Below are positions 20,237 to 29,521 of a DNA stretch of 56,766 nucleotides, piece after piece. The position numbers and the translations under genes were made by a program. The notes below the pieces were generated by a model that was not told the origin of the DNA, searched no databases, and saw only the letters and a program-made list of their open reading frames with translations. The stretch is from assembly GCA_016927185.1 (NCBI GenBank), contig JAFGND010000047.1, positions 1-56,766 of the forward strand, given 5' to 3'. The number at the start of each line of letters is the position of its first letter. Position 1 is the stretch's first letter. Source of the stretch: Candidatus Coatesbacteria bacterium (GTDB taxonomy: Bacteria > JAFGND01).

Positions 20237-21910
20237 CTAGTTACTGAGATATTTATCAATTCCTTCAGCTGCAATATGTCCGGCTGCGATTGCCTTTATG
20301 ACTGTCTGAGGACCGGTCACTGCATCACCTCCTGCGAAAATATGCGGGATATTTGTCTGTCCGGTTCTCGTATTTATATTAAAGCTGTTCCATTTGGAAA
20401 TTTCAAGCCCATGACCAGCAGCTAGCCATGATACATCAGGTTCCTGGCTTATTGCAGGGATTATAAGGTCACATTCTATCTCGAATTCACTTCCGGGAAT
20501 TGGAACGGGTTGTCTCCTGCCGCTTGCATCAAGCTTTCCAAGCTTGCTTTTAAGGCATCTTATTCCTGTCACTCTCCCGTTTTCCCCAATGATTTTTTCT
20601 GGTATTATAAGGAAATGAAGATTGACTCCTTCGTCCTCAGCTGCATCAACTTCCCATGAGTTTGCTGGCATTTCAAGTCGGGATCTTCTGTACAGTATGT
20701 AAACTTCATCACACCCAAGCCTCAAGGAAACCCTGGCACTATCTATTGCAGAATTTCCTCCACCAATGACAATGACTTTCTTTCCGGGTTTTGTCTTGTC
20801 TCCAAGATTTACTCTCGTTAGATAAATGATGCAGTCAAGAAGTCCCTTGAAATCATCCTCTCCGGGTATTCTCAGTTTCAATCCCTTATGTGCACCAACC
20901 CCGATAAAAATAGCCTTGAAACCTTCTCTTCTAAGATCATCCAGGGAATGCTCCGATCCTATTGGATGATTGTAGATAATCTCAGTTCCAAGCCTTTCTA
21001 TCTGTTCTGTCTCTACCTGGATAATATCTCTGGGCAATCTGTATTCAGGTATGCATAACCAAAGCATTCCTCCAGGAACAGGAGCTCTTTCGAATATTGT
21101 CGGTCTGTATCCCATTTTAGCAAGATCGTGTGCTACAGTAAGTCCTGCAGGACCTGCACCAATTATAGCCACCTTTTCCTTAGTGGAAGGTGCTTTTATT
21201 GGAAGAGGGCTCAGTTTCCCTTCTCTGTAAAGTGCAAGTTCATAATCTGAAACAAATCGTTTCAGGGCATCTATCGAGATTGCCTCATCATATTTTTTCC
21301 TGTTGCATGCTGTCTCACATGGATGATTGCAAACCCTTCCACAGATACCTGGAAGCGGATTTTTTTCCCTGATTACATTCAATGCTCCAAGATAATCCCT
21401 CGAAGCAATCAACCCTATATATTTCCTTATATCTATATGAACTGGACAAGCTTCTATACAAGCTGGAGTTTCCTTCTCAATGTAGTAGACCTCTTCAGAA
21501 TATGGATTGCTTGTATCAATGGCAGTTCTCAAGGACAAGCCTTCATTGAAAGTGTTGAATGGTTTTGCAGGACAGACTTCAGCACATCTGTCACACAAAT
21601 TGCAGTCATCGTTAGTTCTTTTTGATTCAAGATGAATTTTTGCCTTGAATTTTGTTTCTTCAGGCTTCAGTGATTTCAGCTTTGCAAGGGTCATCAATTC
21701 TATGTTTGGGTGATTCCTTGCAGAAAAGAGAAGATCTGCAATCTTGCATATTGAAGGATCATCATCAGGAAAGACAGTATTCAATTTGCTTAAAAGTCCT
21801 CCTGCAAAAGCTTCTTTTTCCAGCAGGTAAACATATATTCCCTTTTCGGCAAGATCCATAGCTGCTGTTAGTGAAGCTATACCTGTTCCAATAATCAATA
21901 CTTTATCCAT
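20237..21910 (-). CDS. HdrL-like protein, N-terminal half (HdrA FAD N-segment + GltD/SudA-like NAD(P)H oxidoreductase)
   Basis: VLIIGTGIAS..LLEKEAFAGG..TVFP; CNLCDRCAEVCP; PACIEACPVH, CGRVCNHPCETAC, GAGPAG, GGGNSAID, YRRSR, AGGDAVTGP. Confidence 0.88.
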   Translation of the reverse strand: MDKVLIIGTGIASLTAAMDLAEKGIYVYLLEKEAFAGGLLSKLNTVFPDDDPSICKIADLLFSARNHPNIELMTLAKLKSLKPEETKFKAKIHLESKRTNDDCNLCDRCAEVCPAKPFNTFNEGLSLRTAIDTSNPYSEEVYYIEKETPACIEACPVHIDIRKYIGLIASRDYLGALNVIREKNPLPGICGRVCNHPCETACNRKKYDEAISIDALKRFVSDYELALYREGKLSPLPIKAPSTKEKVAIIGAGPAGLTVAHDLAKMGYRPTIFERAPVPGGMLWLCIPEYRLPRDIIQVETEQIERLGTEIIYNHPIGSEHSLDDLRREGFKAIFIGVGAHKGLKLRIPGEDDFKGLLDCIIYLTRVNLGDKTKPGKKVIVIGGGNSAIDSARVSLRLGCDEVYILYRRSRLEMPANSWEVDAAEDEGVNLHFLIIPEKIIGENGRVTGIRCLKSKLGKLDASGRRQPVPIPGSEFEIECDLIIPAISQEPDVSWLAAGHGLEISKWNSFNINTRTGQTNIPHIFAGGDAVTGPQTVIKAIAAGHIAAEGIDKYLSN

Positions 21911-21911
21911 T

Positions 21912-22688
21912 TTACCTGATAACCTCAATCAAACGCTTGTTATTTCCCGCTGTAAATGCAGGGGCATTATCTTTCGATCCGTCCTGCCTTACTATTCCAA
22001 GCCTCAGCATATTCGCAATCTGACGTACAGCTCTTCTAGGTGGAATATTAGTAATTTCAGCCAGTTCTTTTATAGTCAGGGGTGAGTTCTCGAGAAGAAG
22101 TATTATTTCCTGGGTAAGAACTTCATCCTGTGCAACCTCCCTGAAGAGTCTGTTTATCTCATGAGGAGTGAATTTCTCACCATACAAGTTACCATCTGTC
22201 TCGAATTCAGTTTTCTTTCCGGCAAGCCATCTTATTTTTTCTCCCATAACTGCTCTGTATGCTGCATGTAACTTTCTCTGCGTGTTAGCATCATCAGGGA
22301 GCTTTCCTTCCGCTATTATTGTTTCAATGAAATCAGAGACTGACGAAACGAATTTTCCGCTTTCTGCTGAGCTCATCATACTCAGTTTTACACGTTTTTC
22401 TGTAAGTCCTGTATATTTCAAGATATGCTTTGCGAAGATTATTCTGGCTTCTGCCTGGAGATTTCCTGAGGTATAATGGCATTCCCCCTTGAGGCAAGTT
22501 CCTATGAAGACGCCATCTGCACCATTGAGGAAGGCAGAAAAGATCATTTCCAAATCAACTCTCCCTCCGCACATAACGCGAATTATTCTTACATTCGTAG
22601 CATATTGCATTCTCGCCACACCTGCGAGATCAGCTGCCGAGTATGCTCACCAGTTGCAGCAGAAAGCAATAATATTAGGGGAAAACAT
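21912..22688 (-). CDS. mvhD: Selenocysteine-containing MvhD/FlpD [2Fe-2S] subunit with C-terminal winged-HTH-like extension (258 aa, Sec14)
   Basis: Reading from ATG 22688 (GAGGTG RBS): MFSPNIIAFCCNW-TGA-AYSAADLAGVARMQY..RVMCGGRVD..GTCLKGECHY. TGA at 22647-22649 sits at the conserved CCNWC position. Confidence 0.92.
22600..22646 (-). promoter_or_regulatory. Bacterial SECIS-like hairpin of mvhD
   Basis: Directly after UGA: GCAUA..GCA..UCUCGC-A-GGUG-UG-GCGAGA..UGC..UAUGC; G-starting apical loop 24 nt from UGA. Confidence 0.8.
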
Positions 22689-22700
22689 TTTCACCTCTCT

Positions 22701-24374
22701 TTACTCTTTAAAACATGCTTCTATTTGTGCAAGAAGCTGCTCATCCTTGTAATGACTCATTGTTATGGCATGCCTGTAGCAAGTGGAACCACAAACTCCG
22801 CAGCCTTTGCAGGCAGCTATGATTATTTTTGCCTTTTTTCCCTTATCAGTATTGACAAGCTCAATAGCTTTGTAGGGGCACAAACTGACACATAATCCGC
22901 ATCCCCTGCATATATCTTCGTCAAGCAAGCTGTTTATTGGTTCCACCTTCACCTTTCCATTACCGAGAGGAATGGATGCCCTTGCAGCACAAGCTTCTGC
23001 CTGATAGATTGCTTCATTTACTGTGCAGGGCCATCTGGCTGAACCGCATATGAATATTCCATCAGTAGCAAAATCGATTGGTCTCAACTTCATGTGTGCT
23101 TCAAGGAAAAAGTTATTCTCGTCAGTTGGTACCTTGAGTATCCTTGAAAGCTCCTGAGCGTCGCTGTGCGGAATTTGTGGAGTTGCCAGCACTGCTAGTG
23201 AATAGGGAATGTTGAACTCCCTGTTCAGGATATCACTGTAAATTTTCACTGCATCTTTTGTCACTTCAGGAGGCTTTTCTGCTGAATAGTGAATGAACCT
23301 TACTCCAAGATTCTTTGCTTTCCTCAGCAACCTCTCGTTTTCATGTCCTAGTGCCTGGATATCTCGGTAAATTATGTAAACATCTATCCTGTCATCTCTT
23401 TCCTTCAACAGTATGGAGTTCTTTATTGCCTCCATGCAGCAAATCTTGCCACAGAAAACGTTTTCACTATTCCTGCTTCCAACACATTGTATCATTACTA
23501 CGTTATTATTTATCTCTAAATCCTCGTTTGAAAGCAGCTTTTCAAGTTCATACTGGGTTATTATATTTCTTCCATTATAGCCGTAATATGGTGAGGGATC
23601 AAGCATTCTTGTACCGCTTGCCAGTATTATTACTCCTGAATCTATCTCCTTTGTTTCCTTCTTGCTGTTTTCTACTATCATCTTGTATGCACCAATGCAG
23701 CCTTTCAAATCCACTGGTTTGTAACCTTTATATATATTTATGAGAGGCAAGTTCTCTGCCTCGTGCAAGATATCTTCTATAATGCCTTTTGCAGATGTCA
23801 TTTCAGGTTGAATAATATTCAAATCAAGTAGTCTGCCGCCTAACTTGTTGCTTCTCTCCACAAGATGAACCTTGAAACCGCGCTTTGCAAGAGATACTGC
23901 TGAGCTTAATCCTGCAACCCCGCCTCCAATAATTATTGCTTCATTAAGTACGGGGACTTCTATGAATTCCTTAGGTTCAAGCAATGCAGCTCGTGCCACG
24001 CCCATTCTTATAAGATCCCTGGCTTTTTTTGTCCCTTTTTCCCTGTCATTCTTGTGCACCCAGGAAACATGTTCCCTTATATTAACGAACTCGAACAGGA
24101 ATGGATTCAGACCTGCTTCCTGACATGCGGCCCTGAATGTAGGTTCATGCGTTCTTGGAGTACAGGCTGAAACAACAACCCTGTTAAGATTATGCTGCAC
24201 TATGGCATTCTTTATTTCTGAAATTCCTGCCTCTGAGCATGTGAAGAGATTCACTTTGGTGAATACCACATCAGGAAGTGTTGATGAGTATTCGGCAATA
24301 TCCGAAACATCGAGAAATCCTGCAATATTTGTTCCGCACTTGCATACAAAAACGCCAATCCTTGTTTCTTCCAC
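22701..24374 (-). CDS. hdrA: HdrA-family FAD/Fe-S subunit (N-terminal domain + core + C-terminal ferredoxin; QmoB-like without MvhD)
   Basis: IGVFVCKCGTNIAG, ACTPRTHE, NIREHVSWVH, GGGVAG, QCVGSR..CGKICC, FLEAHMKLRP, CRGCGLCVSLCP, CKGCGVCGSTC. Confidence 0.92.
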   Translation of the reverse strand: MEETRIGVFVCKCGTNIAGFLDVSDIAEYSSTLPDVVFTKVNLFTCSEAGISEIKNAIVQHNLNRVVVSACTPRTHEPTFRAACQEAGLNPFLFEFVNIREHVSWVHKNDREKGTKKARDLIRMGVARAALLEPKEFIEVPVLNEAIIIGGGVAGLSSAVSLAKRGFKVHLVERSNKLGGRLLDLNIIQPEMTSAKGIIEDILHEAENLPLINIYKGYKPVDLKGCIGAYKMIVENSKKETKEIDSGVIILASGTRMLDPSPYYGYNGRNIITQYELEKLLSNEDLEINNNVVMIQCVGSRNSENVFCGKICCMEAIKNSILLKERDDRIDVYIIYRDIQALGHENERLLRKAKNLGVRFIHYSAEKPPEVTKDAVKIYSDILNREFNIPYSLAVLATPQIPHSDAQELSRILKVPTDENNFFLEAHMKLRPIDFATDGIFICGSARWPCTVNEAIYQAEACAARASIPLGNGKVKVEPINSLLDEDICRGCGLCVSLCPYKAIELVNTDKGKKAKIIIAACKGCGVCGSTCYRHAITMSHYKDEQLLAQIEACFKE

Positions 24375-24388
24375 TAATTTCTCCTTGT

Positions 24389-25681
24389 CTATCCTGCCCT
24401 GGAAAGGGCAATCTGGGCAGCAAGTCCAGCAGCTGCAGCTCCTTGTGCAACGCTCTCAGGGATATCAGCAGGAGCAATGCAGAAGCCACATGCAAAAATC
24501 CCTTTCCTGCTTGTGGATACTGGAAGTCTGCTGTTTGTCTGTACGAAGCCGTCCTTACCGGTTTCTATCCTCAATTTTCTTGCCAGTTCCTGAAATCCTT
24601 TGGAAGGTATTGTAGCAGTTGCCAGAACGACAAGATCTACAGTAAGCTGCCTTATCTCCTGGGTTTTTGTGTCTTCATAGAACACAATAGGGTTATTGTC
24701 AGCATCCTCTGTGATTTCAGCGGCCCTTCCCCTGATATATTTTATGTCATAATCATTTTTTCCCTTTTTCTCATAATTCTGGAACCATTTGCCAACGTTT
24801 CTGAAATCTGTATGAAATATATAGCCCTCAGCTTCAGAATCATGCTCCTTTGCAAGCATTGCATCTTTTATGGAATACATGCAGCATACAGAACTGCAAT
24901 ATGCACAATTGTTCTGGTCCCTGCTTCCAATGCATTGCAGATAAGCTACCTTGTGAGCCAGTTTCTTATCAGATGGTCTGTAAAGGTGACCTTCAGTAGG
25001 TCCTGTTGCATTTATAAGCCTTTCATATTCCAGTCCTGTAATCACATTTTTTATCTTGCCATAACCATACTGTGTAAGATGACTTACTGGCAGCATATCG
25101 AATCCGGTTGCAATAATAATTGATGCAACTTCTATTTCCACAGTTTCATCTTTCATTTCATAATCAATAGCACCTTTTACGCAAGCTTTTGAACAAATCC
25201 CGCACTTGTTCTGTGTAATCTTCAGGCATTTCGTTCCATCTATTGTCATAATAGAGGGGATTCCCTGCGGAAAATATTGATAAATGGCTTTTCTGACACC
25301 AAAATTCATGTCGAATTCATTTTTCACTTTTACAGGGCACTTGGCGACACAATCACCGCAAGCATTGCAGATAGAAGCATTAACATAACGCGACTTCTTT
25401 CTTATTGTAGCCTTGAAGGAAGAAGATTCTCCTTCAACAGATTCCAGTTCACTATAGGCAAGTATATCAATCATTGGATGTCGACCGACATCTAGCATCT
25501 TAGGCGCAAGAATTCATATACTGCAGTCATTAGTGGGAAAGGTTTTGTCAAATTGAGCCATTTTCCCTCCAATGCTTGGATTTCGCTCAAGAAGATGAAC
25601 CTTTATTCCCATGTCAGCCAGATCAAGGGCTGCCTGTATTCCTGCAATACCTCCTCCAATTATGAGTACATCACCTGGCAT
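24389..25681 (-). CDS. hdrA: Selenocysteine-containing HdrA-family subunit (430 aa, Sec56; FAD core + inserted ferredoxin)
   Basis: From ATG 25681: [62 protein letters not shown] 25514-25516 is in frame with ORF 24389..25498. Also [12 protein letters not shown] and QCIGSR..CSSVCC. Confidence 0.93.
25477..25492 (-). promoter_or_regulatory. Bacterial SECIS-like hairpin of Sec-hdrA
   Basis: GAUGUC-GGUC-GACAUC, a perfect 6-bp stem with the loop starting 27 nt after UGA. Confidence 0.8.
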
Positions 25682-27203
25682 ACAAAACCTCGTTTTTCTT
25701 CGATATTTTACATAAACTATATACGAAACTCGCTAAATCCATCAATTTCACTGACTGTTCATTTGTGTCCTTCTGTGCACATCTCAAATGAATCAGACAC
25801 TTTGGACATGCAGTCAGCATTATTTCTGCTTCCGTTTCTTTCGCATCATCAAGTCTTGACATCTGGATTGATTTGTTACAAGAAGTGCATTGTACCCATC
25901 CGCTTGAACCACAACATATGGAAGTTTCACGGTTTTTCTGCATTTCCTTCAATTTTACATTCTCGAATAATGTCAGAAGATCCCTGGGGCTTTCATAAAT
26001 CCCGCTGTATCTTCCCAGCCTGCATGGATCCTGATATGTTACAGAGACTGTTTCATGGTTATCTATATCAGGGATCAATGCATACTTGTTCTCCATAATT
26101 ATGTCAGTCCAGAAAAGAACTTCAAGACTGGATTCTCCCAGTTCTCTTGGATAAATATTCTTGAATGTATGATAACCTTCCGGGCAGCCGAAAATGACAG
26201 TCTTGTAATTACCCTTTTTTATCCACTCAAGATTATGCCTTGCAAGTCTCTTGAATACATCCAGCTCTCCATTCCAGTATGCATCATGTCCGCAGCATAC
26301 TTCATCAGGAGAAAGTGCTGGATTTATTCCTGCAAGGCGTAGAAGATTCAAGATCGCATTTGTGCTGTCCGTAATCTTCAAATCAAGATATTTGAAAACT
26401 ATATCATATACAGGTGCACAGCCTGCAAAATATGCTATATCAGTATCCAACGATTTTTTTTCACAATTCAACCACTCGAAAGTCTTTTTTCTTGGTTCTT
26501 TTGCTTCAAGCAACCTTGTTTGTTGAAGAATACCTGCATGAGTGAGTGCCATATGAGCTCCTGAATCAGCTGCCTTATCACGCAGCTGTCTTATGAAGTC
26601 CGTGAAATTCACTTTCGATGGGCATACTTCCTCACAAGTTTTACAGGTAAGACATGTCCAGATAATATCTGATGATAAAATCTCGCTTTCAAGTGACAAC
26701 AGGCAATCCTCGACAATTATCCTTGGAGAGAAGCTCTTGTTGATCCTGCTCATTGGACAGATGCCTGTACAGACACCGCATTCCAGGCAGTATTCAGCGT
26801 TTGTCTGTTCTATCATTTCAGTAATCTGCAGCCTGTTTATCCTGGATGCGAAGCGATTTACTATATCCTCGAAAGCAGCTCCTGAAGTATCGGACATAAG
26901 GTTGATTTCCAGTGATTCAGATCTGTGTCCAAGCCATTTCAATATGCTCTTTGCTTCCTCAACTCTTGTTTTTGCGAATTCATTGCCGTTCACGAAATGA
27001 CATTCTCCTGCAGAACAACCCAGCACAAGAACTCCCCTGGCTCCTTCCTCAAAAGGCTGAATGAGCATTGCGGTTGTAAGACTGCCAGTGCATTCCACTG
27101 TAATTATTCTCATGTCGTCAGGAATGCTTCTCTTTTCAACTCCTGCATTATCCGCAGCAATGGAAGGATTCCATTTACAAGCGTAAACTATTATTGAAGG
27201 CAT
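25671..27203 (-). CDS. MvhD-HdrC-HdrB(CCG) fusion (MvhD + HdrD/GlpC-like)
   Basis: [20 protein letters not shown] (MvhD); [12 protein letters not shown] and [12 protein letters not shown]; two CCG domains (FAGC..CCG..GCPEG; DPC..CCG..ACPKC). Confidence 0.9.
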   Translation of the reverse strand: MPSIIVYACKWNPSIAADNAGVEKRSIPDDMRIITVECTGSLTTAMLIQPFEEGARGVLVLGCSAGECHFVNGNEFAKTRVEEAKSILKWLGHRSESLEINLMSDTSGAAFEDIVNRFASRINRLQITEMIEQTNAEYCLECGVCTGICPMSRINKSFSPRIIVEDCLLSLESEILSSDIIWTCLTCKTCEEVCPSKVNFTDFIRQLRDKAADSGAHMALTHAGILQQTRLLEAKEPRKKTFEWLNCEKKSLDTDIAYFAGCAPVYDIVFKYLDLKITDSTNAILNLLRLAGINPALSPDEVCCGHDAYWNGELDVFKRLARHNLEWIKKGNYKTVIFGCPEGYHTFKNIYPRELGESSLEVLFWTDIIMENKYALIPDIDNHETVSVTYQDPCRLGRYSGIYESPRDLLTLFENVKLKEMQKNRETSICCGSSGWVQCTSCNKSIQMSRLDDAKETEAEIMLTACPKCLIHLRCAQKDTNEQSVKLMDLASFVYSLCKISKKNEVLYAR

Positions 27204-27215
27204 TATTCCTTCTCC

Positions 27216-28820
27216 TTAATCTTCTAAAACAGCATGAACAGCTTTTCTTATTTCCTCTTCAGATTGATATTTCATTTTTATAGCTCCTGAAATGCATACA
27301 CCAAGGCATATTCCACATCCCTGACAGAAAGCCACATCCACAGAGGCAAACTTGCCTTCATTTTTTTCTGTGAATGAGATAGCCTTGTATGGGCAAGATT
27401 CAATGCATCTGCCGCAAGCCCTGCAGTAGATTTCGTTCACAGAGCTTACTTTTGCAGTTTTTCTTGCAGTCTCTTTCTTGAATATGTTTATCACCTTGTA
27501 TGCAGCACCATGAGCCTGGATGATTGCCTGGGAAACAGTGCATGGTTTATGAGCACTTCCACAGACATAGATACCACTTGGTAATGTATCCTTCATACGT
27601 AACTTCTTTATATCATCTACAATAAAACCTTCAATATCTGTGACTAAATGCAGGATCTCAGTCAAAGATTTATTCTCTTCTCTTGCTTTCCATTTAATCG
27701 GAAGGCAGATGCATGATGAGCGTATTTCCATGGTTTCTTTTTCATTATTATATATGACAAGATTCTCGCTTAATTCTTCAATTATCTCATAATGGATGAA
27801 GTCAACAGACAGTTTCCTGCATTCATTTATTAGCTGAGTAAATTCCTGAGGTAATGACTTGTAAAGTACAGTTACCTTGATATCCGGCTTTGATTTCTTT
27901 ATTAAATAAGCATATTTCAGCATCAACAATGCATCAATAACTCCCCCTGATAATTCCCTGGGATCTTTATCAATCAAGCTTTGTATGAACAAAATTTCCT
28001 TGCCTATCTGGTCATTTTTCAGTTTTTCCTCAATAATCAGTGGATCCGCGAACTTGTTCTCTCCATAAGATAATCCTGTAGCAACTATTATTGCACCTGC
28101 ATCAATTTTTTCTGATTTATCACCCGATTCAATATTTACAGTGAAATTACCCAGATGACCTTCAATACTCCTTATTTCGGATGAAATAAGAATCTTTGCT
28201 TCCCTCAACAATTCCAGTTTCCTCTTGAGGCAATTGTTGCTTTTCTCAAAAGAAGGAGCAATATAATCGAACCTTCTCAAGCTGCCTCCAAGCATGCCTT
28301 CCTTTTCAACTATATATACTTTATAGCCCTGATCCAGGATATCACAAGCAGCAGTAATTCCAGCAATACCTCCACCAATCACGAGGCATGATTTGTTTAC
28401 CGGAAGGACTATATCTTCCAAAACTTCCCTTGCCTTCAGTCTTGCAATACCCTGCCTTATCAATGAAATGACTGTATCAGTCTGTGTTGCTTTTTCCCTG
28501 TTCCCGCTTATCCATGCGCATCCTTCCCTGATATTGACTATTTCCAATGCAGATCTGGGTATATTAAGATTTTCTGCCCATTCGTAAAAGATAAGTGCCT
28601 GATTTCTTGGACTGCAACCAGCTATAAGCAACTTGCTTTTCCCGTTTTCCTCTATCGTTTTCATGAAAAAATCTTTTCCGCATGATGAACAGAGATAATT
28701 ATGTTGTTCGAAAAAAGCGATATCCTCTATTTTTTTAATAGCATTCTCAATATGGTTCAAATCAAACTTCAGATTACCATTGCAATTACAATAAATAATC
28801 CCGATGCCAGTCAGCTCCAT
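27216..28820 (-). CDS. HdrA-family subunit, diverged (core Fe-S cysteines lost)
   Basis: YCNCNG, YLCS, GCSPR, NIREGCAW, GGGIAG, C-terminal CRACGRCIESCP and CQGCGICLGVC; QCxGSR..CxxxCC is replaced by QSLIDK..GGVIDA. Confidence 0.85.
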   Translation of the reverse strand: MELTGIGIIYCNCNGNLKFDLNHIENAIKKIEDIAFFEQHNYLCSSCGKDFFMKTIEENGKSKLLIAGCSPRNQALIFYEWAENLNIPRSALEIVNIREGCAWISGNREKATQTDTVISLIRQGIARLKAREVLEDIVLPVNKSCLVIGGGIAGITAACDILDQGYKVYIVEKEGMLGGSLRRFDYIAPSFEKSNNCLKRKLELLREAKILISSEIRSIEGHLGNFTVNIESGDKSEKIDAGAIIVATGLSYGENKFADPLIIEEKLKNDQIGKEILFIQSLIDKDPRELSGGVIDALLMLKYAYLIKKSKPDIKVTVLYKSLPQEFTQLINECRKLSVDFIHYEIIEELSENLVIYNNEKETMEIRSSCICLPIKWKAREENKSLTEILHLVTDIEGFIVDDIKKLRMKDTLPSGIYVCGSAHKPCTVSQAIIQAHGAAYKVINIFKKETARKTAKVSSVNEIYCRACGRCIESCPYKAISFTEKNEGKFASVDVAFCQGCGICLGVCISGAIKMKYQSEEEIRKAVHAVLED

Positions 28821-28829
28821 TTTACCTCC

Positions 28830-29513
28830 TTACTGGAGCTCCTCAATCCAGTTATTTACTGAACCCGGTTTCTCGTTATCAACATGATATTTAGAGCATA
28901 TATTACATCTTTGAGTATGAAATCTCCCTTCGTATTCATGAAGAGATTTTATCCTGTCGAATACCTTTATATCAATTGCTCTTGTAGGGCACATTGTTTC
29001 GCATGTCCCACATGAAATGCACGCACTTGTCACTGATTCATAAGGAGGTGAAACAGCCTTGTTCTTCCCTCTTTTTATTAGGCTTATTGCACCTGCCCCG
29101 ACAAGGTTATGACAAGCCCTGACGCATATTCCGCATAATATGCATTTTCCCTCTTCTTCAGGGGGGAATCGGGTTTCAATTAATCCATAACGGGCTGCCA
29201 TTATCTTGATTATTTCAGCGTCAGGACAATCTGCAAGAAGAAGTTCGAGTATAAGTTTCCTTGCATTGATAACCCTCTCTGAATCGGTTTTTACAATAAG
29301 ACCTTCAGAAACAGGATAGGCACAAGAGGCAACAAGAATTTGACCTCTTGGTGCTGCTATTTCAACAACGCATATCCTGCATGCTCCATAAAATCCAAGT
29401 GCTTCATGATAACACAATGTGGGAATATAGAAACCGTTTATCAAGGCAGCTTCCAGTATAGTGCAGTTTTCCCTTACTGTCAGGTCTTGTCCGTTTATAT
29501 TAATATTTACCAT
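28830..29513 (-). CDS. NuoG-N/HoxU-like Fe-S subunit ([2Fe-2S] + 2x[4Fe-4S]; no catalytic domain)
   Basis: IPTLCYH..GACRICVVE..ASC; CILCGICVRAC; CISCGTCETMCP; only 227 aa. Confidence 0.9.
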   Translation of the reverse strand: MVNININGQDLTVRENCTILEAALINGFYIPTLCYHEALGFYGACRICVVEIAAPRGQILVASCAYPVSEGLIVKTDSERVINARKLILELLLADCPDAEIIKIMAARYGLIETRFPPEEEGKCILCGICVRACHNLVGAGAISLIKRGKNKAVSPPYESVTSACISCGTCETMCPTRAIDIKVFDRIKSLHEYEGRFHTQRCNICSKYHVDNEKPGSVNNWIEELQ

Positions 29514-29521
29514 AAATTTTC

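Noticed and set aside
22647-25516. Genome-wide TGA reassignment (genetic code 4 or 25) as the explanation for the in-frame TGAs
   Set aside because: TGA ends many genes normally, often in ATGA overlaps (for example 17984, 14795, 36778). Trp is encoded by TGG. The two internal TGAs fall at conserved Cys positions and are followed by hairpins.
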